Source of the DNA: Methanobrevibacter sp.
Lineage (GTDB): Archaea > Methanobacteriota > Methanobacteria > Methanobacteriales > Methanobacteriaceae
Assembly (NCBI GenBank): GCA_017459665.1
Contig: JAFUCN010000063.1
Span: 354-64,353 of the forward strand
DNA length: 64,000 nt
Reading direction: 5' to 3'
In this document: positions 49,659 to 60,268 of the stretch, piece by piece
Layout: every line of letters begins with the position of its first letter
Position numbering within the stretch: position 1 is the stretch's first letter
Position numbers and translations under genes: made by a program
Notes under the pieces: model-generated
Told to the model about the DNA's origin: nothing
Database searches by the model: none
What the model saw: the letters and a program-made list of their open reading frames with translations, nothing else

Positions 49659-50150
49659 TTAAATTACCTCACCATCTTTAATTGCAACAATTCCGGGAAT
49701 TTTATCTACTTTTAGCTTGAACATGGCTTCCATTCCCTCATTTTCAAATAAATCACATTCTTTTTTTAGAACTTTATTTGTAAGCAATGCCGCAACTGGT
49801 GGTGTGATTACAAAAATGGAATTGTTTTCATTTAAAGAATTAACAGTATTTTCATTTAACATTCCTTTTCCAACATGTATTTTAACACCATTTTCACTTA
49901 AAATAGGAATTGAAGATTCAATTTCCACTTTGCTGCTGGTTGTAGGAGCAATTCCTGCCTCACTAAAAGCAGTGTGCATAATAACGCTTCCGGTTAGGTC
50001 AAAAGGAACTTCATCATTTTTAACTAATTCCACAAGTTGGGGAAGTGCAGCGTCACGGCCTGTATAAATTGTTCCAGAAATTGTAATTTGATCTCCAACT
50101 TTAAGATTTGTTAAATCATCATCAGTAATTGGTGTTGTTAAATCTCTCAT
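49659..50150 (-). CDS. Fe-S hydro-lyase (fumarate hydratase) beta subunit
   Basis: YTGRDAA, PTTS, GKG, GMEA. Likely start ATG 50150. Confidence 0.88.
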   Translation of the reverse strand: MRDLTTPITDDDLTNLKVGDQITISGTIYTGRDAALPQLVELVKNDEVPFDLTGSVIMHTAFSEAGIAPTTSSKVEIESSIPILSENGVKIHVGKGMLNENTVNSLNENNSIFVITPPVAALLTNKVLKKECDLFENEGMEAMFKLKVDKIPGIVAIKDGEVI

Positions 50151-50286
50151 AATATTAAATATTAAAATTATTTTTTTTAAATTTTTAGAATTTGTCACGA
50201 TTTCTCATAAGATATTTAAATGTTTATCAACATAAATAATATACATTCTATATTTATTTAACATAGAATTGTTAGGAGATTTAAAA

Positions 50287-50553
50287 TTGATTATTATTGA
50301 TGAAAATTTGTGTAAAGGATGTCATCTTTGCTTATTCATGTGTTATCAGAATGTATATGCAATATCTCCTGAAGTAAACAAAAAAGGAGTACAGTTACCA
50401 TTTGTCAAGTTTGAAGACCGATGTACAAAATGTGGTACTTGTGAAATTGCATGTCCTGACCAAGCAATTACAGTTGATTTGCCAGAAAACTGGTGGATGA
50501 AAGATGACAATGATATTAACTTCAATCCTAATTTCACAAAAGGGGAAAAGTAG
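50287..50553 (+). CDS. korD: 2-oxoglutarate:ferredoxin oxidoreductase delta (ferredoxin) subunit
   Basis: CKGCHLC and CTKCGTCEIACP; first gene of the kor operon. Confidence 0.88.
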   Translation: MIIIDENLCKGCHLCLFMCYQNVYAISPEVNKKGVQLPFVKFEDRCTKCGTCEIACPDQAITVDLPENWWMKDDNDINFNPNFTKGEK

Positions 50554-50561
50554 GTGTTAAA

Positions 50562-51683
50562 ATGGCTGAAGAATTTTTTATTCAAGGAAATGAGGCATGT
50601 GCTAAAGGTGCCATAGCTGCAGGTTGCAGATTTTTTGCAGGTTATCCTATTACTCCATCTACTGAAGTTGCAGAAACTTTAGCTCGTGAATTGCCAAAAG
50701 TTGGTGGTTCTTTTGTTCAAATGGAAGATGAAATTGCTTCTGCTGGTGCAATTATTGGTGCTTCATGGGGAGGAGCTAAATCAATGACTGCTACCTCAGG
50801 ACCTGGTATCTCATTAATGCAGGAAAATATAGGTTATGCATTCATGAGTGAAACTCCAATTGTTATTGTGGATGTTCAAAGAGGTTCTCCTTCAACCGCT
50901 CAACCAACTATGGCTGCGCAAGGTGATATGATGCAGGCTCGTTGGGGATCACACGGTGATTATGAACCAATTGCATTGTCTCCATCAAGTGTTCAGGAAT
51001 TCTTTGACTTTACAATTAAAGCATTCAATTTGGCTGAAGAATATAGAGTTCCTGTTTTCGTCATGGCTGATGAAGTTATCGGACACATGAGGGAAAAAAT
51101 CATTGTAGAGGACAGTATTGAAATTGTTCCAAGAAAAAGGCCGGAAAAAACTGATGATTATTTGCCTTTTGAAAATATTGAAAATGGAACAACTCCAATG
51201 CCGGCTTTCGGTGATGGATTTAATATTCATGTAACTGGACTTACTCACGATGAAAGAGGTTATCCTGATACAAACACTCCAGAAACTCATGATAAATTAG
51301 TTCAAAGAATTTGTGATAAGGTATTAAACAATAAAGATAAAATCTGTTCTGTCAAATCTGAAAACTGTGAAGACGCAGATATCATTCTTGTTTCTTATGG
51401 GGCACCAGTAAGGTCTGTTGTCGAAGCGGTCAACAAAACCGATAAGAAAGTTGGTTATATTAAAATAGACACTCCATGGCCGTTCCCTGATGAACAAATA
51501 GAAAAACTGACAGCAAATGCAAAGGATATAATTGTTGTTGAGATGAATTTGGGTCAAATGTATTATGAAGTTGACAGAGTATGTAAAAGAAATTCAAATG
51601 TTCATCTTATGGGGGTAATTGGTGGATTATTACCGACTCCTGATGAAATTTTAGAAGAAATTGATAGAGTAGGAGGAAACTAA
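50562..51683 (+). CDS. korA: 2-oxoglutarate:ferredoxin oxidoreductase alpha subunit
   Basis: GYPITPS, QMEDE, TATSGPG. Confidence 0.92.
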   Translation: MAEEFFIQGNEACAKGAIAAGCRFFAGYPITPSTEVAETLARELPKVGGSFVQMEDEIASAGAIIGASWGGAKSMTATSGPGISLMQENIGYAFMSETPIVIVDVQRGSPSTAQPTMAAQGDMMQARWGSHGDYEPIALSPSSVQEFFDFTIKAFNLAEEYRVPVFVMADEVIGHMREKIIVEDSIEIVPRKRPEKTDDYLPFENIENGTTPMPAFGDGFNIHVTGLTHDERGYPDTNTPETHDKLVQRICDKVLNNKDKICSVKSENCEDADIILVSYGAPVRSVVEAVNKTDKKVGYIKIDTPWPFPDEQIEKLTANAKDIIVVEMNLGQMYYEVDRVCKRNSNVHLMGVIGGLLPTPDEILEEIDRVGGN

Positions 51684-51684
51684 A

Positions 51685-52542
51685 ATGCCTAAAGAAAATA
51701 GATTTCTCCCATATTTAAGAGAAGACCGTTTACCTCATATTTTCTGTCCGGGATGTGGGAATGGAGCTATTATCAATGCATTTTTAGCAGCAATGGAAAA
51801 AGCGGAAATGGACTTTGATAATATAGCAATGGTTTCTGGAATTGGATGTTCTTCAAGAATTCCAGGATATTTAAAATGCGATTCTCTTCATACAACTCAC
51901 GGAAGAGCATTAAGTTTTGCAACCGGACTTAAAACAGCAAATAAAGATTTGGATGTCGTTGTGTTTACTGGTGATGGTGATGCAGCTTCTATTGGTGGTA
52001 ACCATTTAATTCATGCTGCTAGAAGAAACATTAATTTAACCGTAATCTGTATCAATAATAATATTTATGGTATGACTGGTGGTCAGATTAGCCCTACATC
52101 TCCTAAAGGCAGTTTTGGAACAACTGCACCATACGGTAATCAGGACACTCCATTTAAACTGGCTGAACTTGTTGCAGCTGCCGGTGCAACTTATTCCGCA
52201 AGATGGACCACTGTTCAAATAGAAAACCTTGTAACTTCTATAAAAGAAGGGTTAAAAAACCCTGGATTTTCATTTATCGAAGTTGCAACTCAATGTCCAA
52301 CTTATTTTGGTCGTAAAAATAAACTTAGGACTCCTACTGCTATGGCTGCTGTAATGAAAGCTAATACAGTATTTAAATCTGCTGCAGATAGGATGAAACC
52401 AAAAGATTTGGAAGGAAAAATAGTTGTTGGTGAATTCGCCAATACTCAAAGGGATGAATTCACAGAAAACATTGATAAAATAAGTGTTGAAAAATTTGGT
52501 AAGAAAACTCTTATCAATTCTGCATACACAACAGAGTTATAG
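51685..52542 (+). CDS. korB: 2-oxoglutarate:ferredoxin oxidoreductase beta subunit
   Basis: FCPGCG, GIGCS, GDGD...NN TPP-binding motif. Confidence 0.92.
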   Translation: MPKENRFLPYLREDRLPHIFCPGCGNGAIINAFLAAMEKAEMDFDNIAMVSGIGCSSRIPGYLKCDSLHTTHGRALSFATGLKTANKDLDVVVFTGDGDAASIGGNHLIHAARRNINLTVICINNNIYGMTGGQISPTSPKGSFGTTAPYGNQDTPFKLAELVAAAGATYSARWTTVQIENLVTSIKEGLKNPGFSFIEVATQCPTYFGRKNKLRTPTAMAAVMKANTVFKSAADRMKPKDLEGKIVVGEFANTQRDEFTENIDKISVEKFGKKTLINSAYTTEL

Positions 52543-52551
52543 GTGGATAAT

Positions 52552-53100
52552 ATGAGAACTGAGATTAGAATTTGTGGATTTGGTGGGCAAGGTGTAATTC
52601 TTGCAGGTATTATCTTGGGTAAATCTGCATGTCTTTTTGATGGTAAAGAAGCTGTCCAAACTCAATCCTATGGTCCGGAAGCTCGTGGTGGGGCTTCAAA
52701 ATGTGAAGTTGTTATTAGTGATAGTGAGGTTGATTATCCTAAAGTTCAAAATCCGGATATCCTGGTGGCAATGTCCAATGAGGCATTGATTAAGTATATT
52801 GTGGATTTAAAAGACAATGGAACTTTAATTGTGGATCCTGGAACAACTTATGTGGATGATGTTAAGGATTACATTGAGGAACATAATATTGAAGTTTACG
52901 AGGCTCCAGCTACAAAAACAGCTACTGATGAAATAGGACTTAAAATTGTAGCAAATATAGTTATGGTCGGAGCTATTACAAAAATTACTAAAGTAATATC
53001 AAAAGAAGCGGCTATAAAAGCTATTGAAGCAAGCGTTCCAAAAGGAACTGAAGAGAAAAATATTGCAGCTTTTGAAGCAGGATATGCTTTAGCAGAATAG
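52552..53100 (+). CDS. korC: 2-oxoglutarate:ferredoxin oxidoreductase gamma subunit
   Basis: GFGGQG, SYGPEARGG. Confidence 0.92.
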   Translation: MRTEIRICGFGGQGVILAGIILGKSACLFDGKEAVQTQSYGPEARGGASKCEVVISDSEVDYPKVQNPDILVAMSNEALIKYIVDLKDNGTLIVDPGTTYVDDVKDYIEEHNIEVYEAPATKTATDEIGLKIVANIVMVGAITKITKVISKEAAIKAIEASVPKGTEEKNIAAFEAGYALAE

Positions 53101-53108
53101 GTGTTATA

Positions 53109-54227
53109 ATGAGATTTTTTGAAAGTGTAGCAAAACAAGTTTTTAATAAAGAAGGTATTCCAATTTTAGAGGGACATGTAGCTTACTCTCCTGAAGAGGC
53201 AATGACAATTTCTTCAGAGATGGACGTCCCTGTTGTTGTTAAGGCACAAGTTTTAACTGGTGGTAGAGGTAAAGCCGGTGGTGTCAAATTTGCAGATAAC
53301 CCTGGTGAAGCCTTGAAAGTTGCTGACGAAATTTTAGGAATGGAAATTAAAGGTGAAAGAGTAAAACACCTTTTAATCGAAGAGAAAGCTGAAATTCTCA
53401 ATGAATTCTTTGTAACAGTATCTGTTGACAGAGGAGCAAGAAGACCAGTTATTTTGGCAAGTAAGGAAGGTGGAGTTGAAATAGAAAACTTGGCTAAAAC
53501 AAATCCTGAAAAGATTATTAAATATTATCCAAATCCTTTACTTGAATTCTTACCATATGAAGCACGTGAAGTTGCACGTAAGATGGGAGTTCCATCTGAA
53601 TTGATTTCACCAATGGGAGACATGATTTGGAAATTATACAATGTATTTACAAAATATGATGCAGATACAGCTGAAATAAACCCATTAGTATTGACTCCAG
53701 ACGGTTTAATTGCTGCAGATGCTAAACTGGTTGTTGAAAACGATTCATTGTTCAGACATCAGGATTTGGTTGAGAGAATGCACTATAAGAAAAAAGCGGT
53801 GGACTTTGTTCAATTGGATGGAGACATTGCAGTAATCGGTAATGGTGCAGGTTTAACTTTAACCGCTATGGACATGATTAAGCTTAACGGTGGTGAACCG
53901 GCTACATTTTTAGATATTGGTGGTGGAGCTTCAGAACAAATAATCCATCAAGCTCTAAGCATAGTTTTAAACTACGACCCTGTTAAAGTAGTATTTTTAA
54001 ATGTTTTAGGTGGTATTACTAAAGCTGATGATGTTGCTCGTGGAGTAATAAAAGCTTTAGACCAAGTAGGGCGCAAAGTACATATTGTTATCAGACTAAC
54101 TGGTACCAATGAGGTAGAAGGCCAAAGACTTTTAGAAGAAGCTGGAATTCCATATGAAACTTCAATGGAAAAAGCTGCTCGTAAAGCCGTTGAGCTTTGT
54201 GAAGAACTGAAAGCTGAAGGTAAATAA
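53109..54227 (+). CDS. sucC: Succinyl-CoA synthetase beta subunit
   Basis: KAQVLTGGRGKAGG, EINPL, NGAGL, FLDIGGG. Confidence 0.95.
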   Translation: MRFFESVAKQVFNKEGIPILEGHVAYSPEEAMTISSEMDVPVVVKAQVLTGGRGKAGGVKFADNPGEALKVADEILGMEIKGERVKHLLIEEKAEILNEFFVTVSVDRGARRPVILASKEGGVEIENLAKTNPEKIIKYYPNPLLEFLPYEAREVARKMGVPSELISPMGDMIWKLYNVFTKYDADTAEINPLVLTPDGLIAADAKLVVENDSLFRHQDLVERMHYKKKAVDFVQLDGDIAVIGNGAGLTLTAMDMIKLNGGEPATFLDIGGGASEQIIHQALSIVLNYDPVKVVFLNVLGGITKADDVARGVIKALDQVGRKVHIVIRLTGTNEVEGQRLLEEAGIPYETSMEKAARKAVELCEELKAEGK

Positions 54228-54889
54228 TGAAATTCTTTGCCATTAATGGTTCTCCAAGAAGAAACTGCAATACTGCTCAACTTTTGGACAAATCTCTTGA
54301 GGGAGTCAAATCTGTCTTTCCAGAGGCTACTGCTGAAAGGATAGATTTGTATGACTTTCCTTTTCATGGGTGTAGAAGCTGTTTTGCATGTAAAAGGATA
54401 AATGGAAAGCATTATGGTAAATGCGCACAAAAAGATAATCTACAACCTATTCTTGATGAAATCGTTCAGGCTGATGGTGTTATTTTAGGTTCACCAATCT
54501 ATTTCAGTGATGTAACTGGAAATATGAGATGCTTTTTGGAAAGGTTCATGTTTCCATTTGCGGTATACAGCAAAACTGAAGTGGTTAATCATAAAAAGAT
54601 GCCTTTAGCTTATATTTATGCAATGAATGCTTCTGAAGAAAGTTCTTATCAAATTGGCTATCATGACCTTCATGACCACTTCGAGATGGGTTTAAGTATG
54701 ATATTCACCAAACCTGAGCATTTGTATGTCTACGAAACATATCAGTTCAAAAATTATTCAAAATATGTTTCTGATGTTTTTGATGAAAAAGAGAGAAAAC
54801 AAATCAGAAAAACTCGTTTTCCAAAAGATTTGGAATCTGCTTTTGAGCTAGGAAAAAAGATTGCTATTCAAGCAAAACAACACGGCTGA
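54227..54889 (+). CDS. Iron-sulfur flavoprotein / flavodoxin-family protein
   Basis: NGSPR, CRSCFAC...C, GSPIYF. Confidence 0.88.
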   Translation: MKFFAINGSPRRNCNTAQLLDKSLEGVKSVFPEATAERIDLYDFPFHGCRSCFACKRINGKHYGKCAQKDNLQPILDEIVQADGVILGSPIYFSDVTGNMRCFLERFMFPFAVYSKTEVVNHKKMPLAYIYAMNASEESSYQIGYHDLHDHFEMGLSMIFTKPEHLYVYETYQFKNYSKYVSDVFDEKERKQIRKTRFPKDLESAFELGKKIAIQAKQHG

Positions 54890-55781
54890 TTTCAGATTCG
54901 TTTACCAGTTCCTTACCGCATGCATCACCTATTTTTTTTGCAAATTCCTTAACCTCCTCAAAGGTAGGCATGTTGTCTAGTGTTAATCTTTCACGTGATG
55001 AGCCAACGCACATGTATGCCTTTACTTCTACAAAATCAGGGTCTGCTTTTTTAATTAGTTTTGCATAATCTTCAGGATTTTCCATATTTTTTCTCTTAAC
55101 GCAGGTATTTCTTATACATGTACGTGAATCAAAACTGGATAATGTTTCCAGTGATTCATTTAAATTGCTCCAAGCATCATTTATTCTTGGTCTGCAGACT
55201 TCATTGAATATTTTCTCAGTAGGTGCATCCAAGGAAAGGTACAGTTGGTAAGGATCGTTTTCTAGATTGCGAAGCCTGTCTACACACTGGCCGTTGCTGA
55301 CTACAAATGTTGTAAAGTCACGGCGGTTAAACTCACCAATCAGCTCATCAATTTTGGGATAAAGGGTTGGTTCTCCAGCCAGTGAAATCGCTGCATTGGT
55401 GGGGTCCTTTATTTCTTCTAGTTTTTTCCTGTTTGCTTTGTCATTTCCATAAAAACCGCATAATAAATTGTTTTGAGCTTTAATCGCATCATCGACTATT
55501 GTTTTTGGATCATCATATTCTTCATCTTCCCAGTGGGTTTGTGTGTATGTCAGGTCTCTCCAGCAGAATTCGCATTCTTGCTGGCAGTTTGGAACTGAAG
55601 GAGACATCTGAAGACATCTGTGGGATTCAATTCCATAAAATTTCTCTTTATAACAAACTCCCTTATCTACAATACTTTGTCTTGTCCAGTGACATGTCTT
55701 GACGGCAGCATGACCGTATTTGCCAACAAAGCGGTATCCGCTTTTTTCCAGTTTTTCGATTTGGTTTTTATTGAATGACAT
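54864..55781 (-). CDS. taw1: 4-demethylwyosine synthase (Taw1/TYW1), radical SAM
   Basis: VKTCHW, CYKEKFYGI.SHRC, CQQECEFCWR, EVKAYM. Confidence 0.95.
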   Translation of the reverse strand: MSFNKNQIEKLEKSGYRFVGKYGHAAVKTCHWTRQSIVDKGVCYKEKFYGIESHRCLQMSPSVPNCQQECEFCWRDLTYTQTHWEDEEYDDPKTIVDDAIKAQNNLLCGFYGNDKANRKKLEEIKDPTNAAISLAGEPTLYPKIDELIGEFNRRDFTTFVVSNGQCVDRLRNLENDPYQLYLSLDAPTEKIFNEVCRPRINDAWSNLNESLETLSSFDSRTCIRNTCVKRKNMENPEDYAKLIKKADPDFVEVKAYMCVGSSRERLTLDNMPTFEEVKEFAKKIGDACGKELVNESEISRVVLLE

Positions 55782-55911
55782 AAAATCAAGTTAATGTTTA
55801 GTTTTGATAGTATATACATTTTACAGGCAAAAGTAAATATTGATTTTATTGAACATAATTGTATTATATTCGTTAAAAGTATTTATATGTTTAATTATAA
55901 TACTATTTTTT

Positions 55912-56781
55912 ATGAGATTATGGAGCAAAAATCAAGAAAAATTATTTTTCGTTAACTCGGAAAAATTTGCATCCCCTCAACAGCTCTTCTATAAGACTGA
56001 TGATGGGAGATATTTGGCCTATTGGCCTAAACGAGATAGAGGCAGAAAGTCAACACTTCAGGCTAGAAACTCCCTGATTGGAAACTATACTGAAAAGTGG
56101 GTCTGTGACTTATTCAAATCACTGATTGATGATGAAAACCTTTTCATTGTCCAGCAGGCAAGGATTCCGTCGGTGGGAATCACCTCAAAATCTCCGGCCG
56201 ACATTGTCGTTGCAACAGATGATAAAAAAATTTTAAAAGCTTCACAGGTAAAACTAATATGTGAAGTTAAAATGTCTTTGGTGTGGAATTGGGAATATGA
56301 TCCAACTTTAAAAAGGATTGTTGAAGTTGGTGATTATAAGACTCATCAGGGAAAACCTAGTTTCACACGTTCAGATTCTATCCTAAAAGCTATCGGCAAA
56401 TGTATTGATATTAGGGTGTCAAACTATGAATCTTCAAAAATTCCTATTGTGGTTTTAGGTAATGCTCCACTATCCAATGGGTTCTGCAAAAAAGCAGACT
56501 ACTTAAAGCATTCTGGAATTATTCAGGGATTCTGGTCTTTAAATCCATTTCCTCTAAATCATGGAAACACTAGAAAAACATCTTCAAAAAATGGATTCGT
56601 CCGCTTTGACAATACTGATGAGTTGAAAATGCATTTAAATCATTTGTTTGCCCAAAATCTGAATTTCTTTTCAGGAATGGAATCTCCAAGAAAACTAGGT
56701 CAAATAATTGAAATGGCCAACAGAGAAAATACTTACGAAGAAAAGGGATTGAAGTTTTTAAATCTCTTGAAGAGGTCTTAA
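55912..56781 (+). CDS. Putative type II restriction endonuclease (PD-(D/E)xK)
   Basis: TEKW, PADIV and CEVKMS motifs; ends 1 bp before the DNA methyltransferase ORF. Confidence 0.65.
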   Translation: MRLWSKNQEKLFFVNSEKFASPQQLFYKTDDGRYLAYWPKRDRGRKSTLQARNSLIGNYTEKWVCDLFKSLIDDENLFIVQQARIPSVGITSKSPADIVVATDDKKILKASQVKLICEVKMSLVWNWEYDPTLKRIVEVGDYKTHQGKPSFTRSDSILKAIGKCIDIRVSNYESSKIPIVVLGNAPLSNGFCKKADYLKHSGIIQGFWSLNPFPLNHGNTRKTSSKNGFVRFDNTDELKMHLNHLFAQNLNFFSGMESPRKLGQIIEMANRENTYEEKGLKFLNLLKRS

Positions 56782-56782
56782 A

Positions 56783-57664
56783 TTGACAAGAAAAACCCAG
56801 ACAACAACATTCGGTTCAGTTGTGCGTGAATCCCACAGCTCAAAAAAGTTTTATAGCTCAAAGTTATATGAAGATTTTGAAATCCCAAAAAATATTGAAT
56901 ATAAGGAAAATAAAATCAATAAATCTGATTTGAATAGGTTATATTGTAAATCCAGTGAGAATATGGATGAAATTCCTGATGAAAGTGTTCATCTGATGAT
57001 TACCTCACCTCCATATAATGTGGGCAAGGAATATGATGATGACTTGTCGTTGGATGAATATTTGGATTTATTGAATGTAGTCTTCAGCCAAGTTCAAAAA
57101 AAACTGGTCACTGGTGGCAGAGCTTGCATTAACATAGCAAACATTGGAAGAAAGCCCTATATTCCACTACATGCAATGGTAATCGAGATAATGTTGGATT
57201 TGGGATTTCTAATGAGAGGAGAAATCATTTGGGATAAATCCGCCAGTGGTGGAGGATCATGTGCATGGGGAAGTTGGATGTCAGCATCAAACCCGGTTTT
57301 AAGAGATTATCATGAATACATATTGGTTTTTTCAAAGGATTCTTACTCAAAAAACAAAAAACAGGAAAAAAGAGACACTATTGGGCATGATGAATTTATT
57401 GACTGGACAAGGAGTATCTGGACTTTCCCAGCAGTAAACGCTAAAAAAATAGGTCATCCGGCTCCGTTTCCGGTTGAACTGCCTCACAGACTTATCAATC
57501 TGTACAGTTATGAAGGTGATGTCATCTTGGACCCATTCTGTGGCAGTGGCACAACTTGCATTGCGGCAATTCAAAATAATAGAAACTACATTGGATATGA
57601 CATTAAAAAAGAATATATTGATTTGGCTCAAAAGAGAATTTCTAATCAAAAATCTATTAAATAA
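56783..57664 (+). CDS. Beta-class N4-cytosine/N6-adenine DNA methyltransferase
   Basis: TSPPYN (motif IV) precedes HPAPFP and DPFCGSGTT (motif I). Confidence 0.93.
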   Translation: MTRKTQTTTFGSVVRESHSSKKFYSSKLYEDFEIPKNIEYKENKINKSDLNRLYCKSSENMDEIPDESVHLMITSPPYNVGKEYDDDLSLDEYLDLLNVVFSQVQKKLVTGGRACINIANIGRKPYIPLHAMVIEIMLDLGFLMRGEIIWDKSASGGGSCAWGSWMSASNPVLRDYHEYILVFSKDSYSKNKKQEKRDTIGHDEFIDWTRSIWTFPAVNAKKIGHPAPFPVELPHRLINLYSYEGDVILDPFCGSGTTCIAAIQNNRNYIGYDIKKEYIDLAQKRISNQKSIK

Positions 57665-57709
57665 TGTTATACAAATAGTATATATAATAAAAGTTAATGT
57701 GGGATAAAA

Positions 57710-58378
57710 ATGGATACACCAATTGTGATATTGAATTATAAGACCTACTTGGAATCAAGTGGTATAAAAGCTTTAGAACTTGCACACGATTTGGAAAGTG
57801 CTGCTAATGAGTCCGGAATCACTATGGTTGCAGCACCTCAGGCAGCAGATATTTATAGGATAAGCGAAGAAGCATCACTTCCTATTTTTGCTCAACATAT
57901 TGATCCAATCGCTCCGGGAGGACATACAGGTTCTAGTTTAATCAGTACTTTAGTCGAAGCGGGAGTCAGCGGATCTTTAATCAACCATTCTGAAAACAGA
58001 ATGAAATTGGCTGACATTGATGAGGTAATCAAATTGTGCAGACAGTATGAAATAGAATCCTGTGTATGCACTAACAATATAGATACTTCCAAAGCTGTAG
58101 CAGCACTCGCTCCTGATGCAGTCGCTGTTGAACCGCCGGAACTTATAGGTACAGGAATTCCAGTGTCACAGGCACAGCCTGAAGTTGTTGAAGATACTGT
58201 AAAAGAAGTAAAAGCAATCAATAAAGATATTAAAGTTTTATGCGGTGCAGGAATCACCACTGGTGATGATATGAAAGCAGCTATGGATTTAGGTGCTGAT
58301 GGAGTATTGCTCGCATCAGGAATCATCAAGGCTGAAAGTCCTAAAGATGCATTGCTTGATTTGGTAAGTAAATTGTAG
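57710..58378 (+). CDS. tpiA: Triosephosphate isomerase (archaeal type)
   Basis: NYKTY, NHSE, AVEPPELIG, GVLLASG. Confidence 0.96.
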   Translation: MDTPIVILNYKTYLESSGIKALELAHDLESAANESGITMVAAPQAADIYRISEEASLPIFAQHIDPIAPGGHTGSSLISTLVEAGVSGSLINHSENRMKLADIDEVIKLCRQYEIESCVCTNNIDTSKAVAALAPDAVAVEPPELIGTGIPVSQAQPEVVEDTVKEVKAINKDIKVLCGAGITTGDDMKAAMDLGADGVLLASGIIKAESPKDALLDLVSKL

Positions 58379-58388
58379 AGTGAGTGAG

Positions 58389-59606
58389 ATGTCAGGCGAA
58401 TTTAACACAATTGATGATTTTGATGTTGAAGACAAGACTGTCCTTGTTAGGGTAGATATTAACTCACCGGTTGATCCGGGTGATGGAATAATTCTAGATG
58501 ACACAAGACTGAAATTACATGCCCAAACTATTAGGGAACTATCTAAAAAAGGTGCTAAAGTTGTACTTCTTGCTCATCAAAGCCGTCCAGGTAAAAAAGA
58601 TTTCACAACATTATCCCAACATGCTGAAGCATTATCTGACCTTTTAAATTTAAGAGTTAAATACATTGATTCTCTCTTTTCAAATTCAGCAAAAGAAGCT
58701 ATTAAAGACTTAAAACCTCATGAAATCCTTTTACTTGAAAATGTACGTTTCTTTTCTGAAGAAACACTTTCAAGAACTCCTGAAGAGCAATCAAAAACAT
58801 TGCTTGTAAGACAATTATCCCCATTAATTGATTATTATGTCAATGATGCATTTGCCGCTGCTCATCGTTCACAAGCATCATTGGTTGGTTTTACAGTAAA
58901 CACACCTTCTGCAGCAGGTCGTGTAATGGAAAAAGAATTAACTGTAATTCAAAACGCTTTGGATAATGTGGAACATCCTTGCGTATTCTTGCTTGGTGGA
59001 ATGAAGCCTGATGATTCTATTGATGTTATGGAAAATGTATTGAGCAATGGGACTGCAGACTCAATTTTAACAACAGGGATTGTTGGAAATATAGTATTGT
59101 GGGCTGCTGGTGTTGATATTGGTCAGGTTAACAGAGACTTTATTGCCAGCAGAGGCTATGAGGATATGGTTGAAAAAGCAAAAGAATTAATTGAAAAATT
59201 TGGAGATAAAGTAAAATATCCTCTTGATGGAGCCTGTGAAATCGATGGTGAGCGAGTAGACATTGATGTGGATGAACTTCCAAACGAAGCTATTTTCGAC
59301 ATTGGAGTAAAAACTATTGCTTATTATGCAAAAGAGATTAGGGATGCCAAATACATTTTTGCAAACGGGCCTGCGGGAGTATTTGAAGACCCTAAATTTG
59401 CAATGGGTACTGAAGATTTGATTAATGCAATGGCTAAATCCGAAGGATTTTCATTAATCGGTGGAGGCCACATTGCAGCAGCTACTGCTGGACTTGGATT
59501 GGAAGACCAGATGAGTCATTTAAGTAGTGGTGGTGGAGCTTGTATTAGTATGCTGGCCGGTAAAAAGTTAGCTGCTGTGGAAGCTTTAAAAAACAGTAAA
59601 AAATAA
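58389..59606 (+). CDS. pgk: Phosphoglycerate kinase
   Basis: RVDINSP, LLENVRF, DAFAAAHR, SSGGGA. Confidence 0.96.
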   Translation: MSGEFNTIDDFDVEDKTVLVRVDINSPVDPGDGIILDDTRLKLHAQTIRELSKKGAKVVLLAHQSRPGKKDFTTLSQHAEALSDLLNLRVKYIDSLFSNSAKEAIKDLKPHEILLLENVRFFSEETLSRTPEEQSKTLLVRQLSPLIDYYVNDAFAAAHRSQASLVGFTVNTPSAAGRVMEKELTVIQNALDNVEHPCVFLLGGMKPDDSIDVMENVLSNGTADSILTTGIVGNIVLWAAGVDIGQVNRDFIASRGYEDMVEKAKELIEKFGDKVKYPLDGACEIDGERVDIDVDELPNEAIFDIGVKTIAYYAKEIRDAKYIFANGPAGVFEDPKFAMGTEDLINAMAKSEGFSLIGGGHIAAATAGLGLEDQMSHLSSGGGACISMLAGKKLAAVEALKNSKK

Positions 59607-59647
59607 TTTTTTTTTACTTTTTTTATCTTTTTTTTAAAATAAATAAT

Positions 59648-60268
59648 TTAGCTATTAAATATTTTTAATAGCTCTTGTGATGATTTTTTTGGATTTTCAG
59701 AAGACATTATTGCGCTAACAACAGATAATCCTGCAATTCCGGTGTCAGTTAACTGAGAAGCATTTTCTAAGTTTATTCCACCTATTGCTACAACTGGAAT
59801 GTCAATTGATTCAACAATCTTTTTCAGTTCTTCTTTTGTAACTGATGATGCATCATCTTTTGTTTTAGTTGGAAATACTGCACCTGTTCCGATATAATCA
59901 GCACCATCTTTTTGTGCTTTTTTTGCTTCATCGATTGTTGCTGCGGAGATTCCCAATATTTTATCTTCGCCTATAAGTTTTCTTGTAATGTCACATGGCA
60001 TATCGCTTTGACCGACATGGACGCCATCTGCATCAATTGCTAATGCAACATCAACTCTATCGTTAATAATCAGAGGAATATTATACTTTGAGGTAATTTC
60101 TTTAACCTTCAGCGCTAAATTATAAAAGTCAAGAGTATCTGCAGTCTTTTCTCTAATCTGAACTACAGTAACTCCGCCTTTTATGCCTTCTTCAATTGTT
60201 TTTAAAAATTTTTCTTCATCATCGCTATTGTCTGTGACGAGATATAGGGATAAATCTATGTTTTTCAT
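59648..60268 (-). CDS. thiE: Thiamine-phosphate synthase
   Basis: QIREK, INDRVD, GVHVGQSD, PTKTK, AIGGI. Confidence 0.96.
   Translation of the reverse strand: MKNIDLSLYLVTDNSDDEEKFLKTIEEGIKGGVTVVQIREKTADTLDFYNLALKVKEITSKYNIPLIINDRVDVALAIDADGVHVGQSDMPCDITRKLIGEDKILGISAATIDEAKKAQKDGADYIGTGAVFPTKTKDDASSVTKEELKKIVESIDIPVVAIGGINLENASQLTDTGIAGLSVVSAIMSSENPKKSSQELLKIFNS

Noticed and set aside
49659-54227. fum-beta/korDABC/sucC cluster lacking sucD as a novelty
   Set aside because: Ordinary reductive TCA branch of Methanobacteriales; partner subunits are commonly encoded elsewhere.
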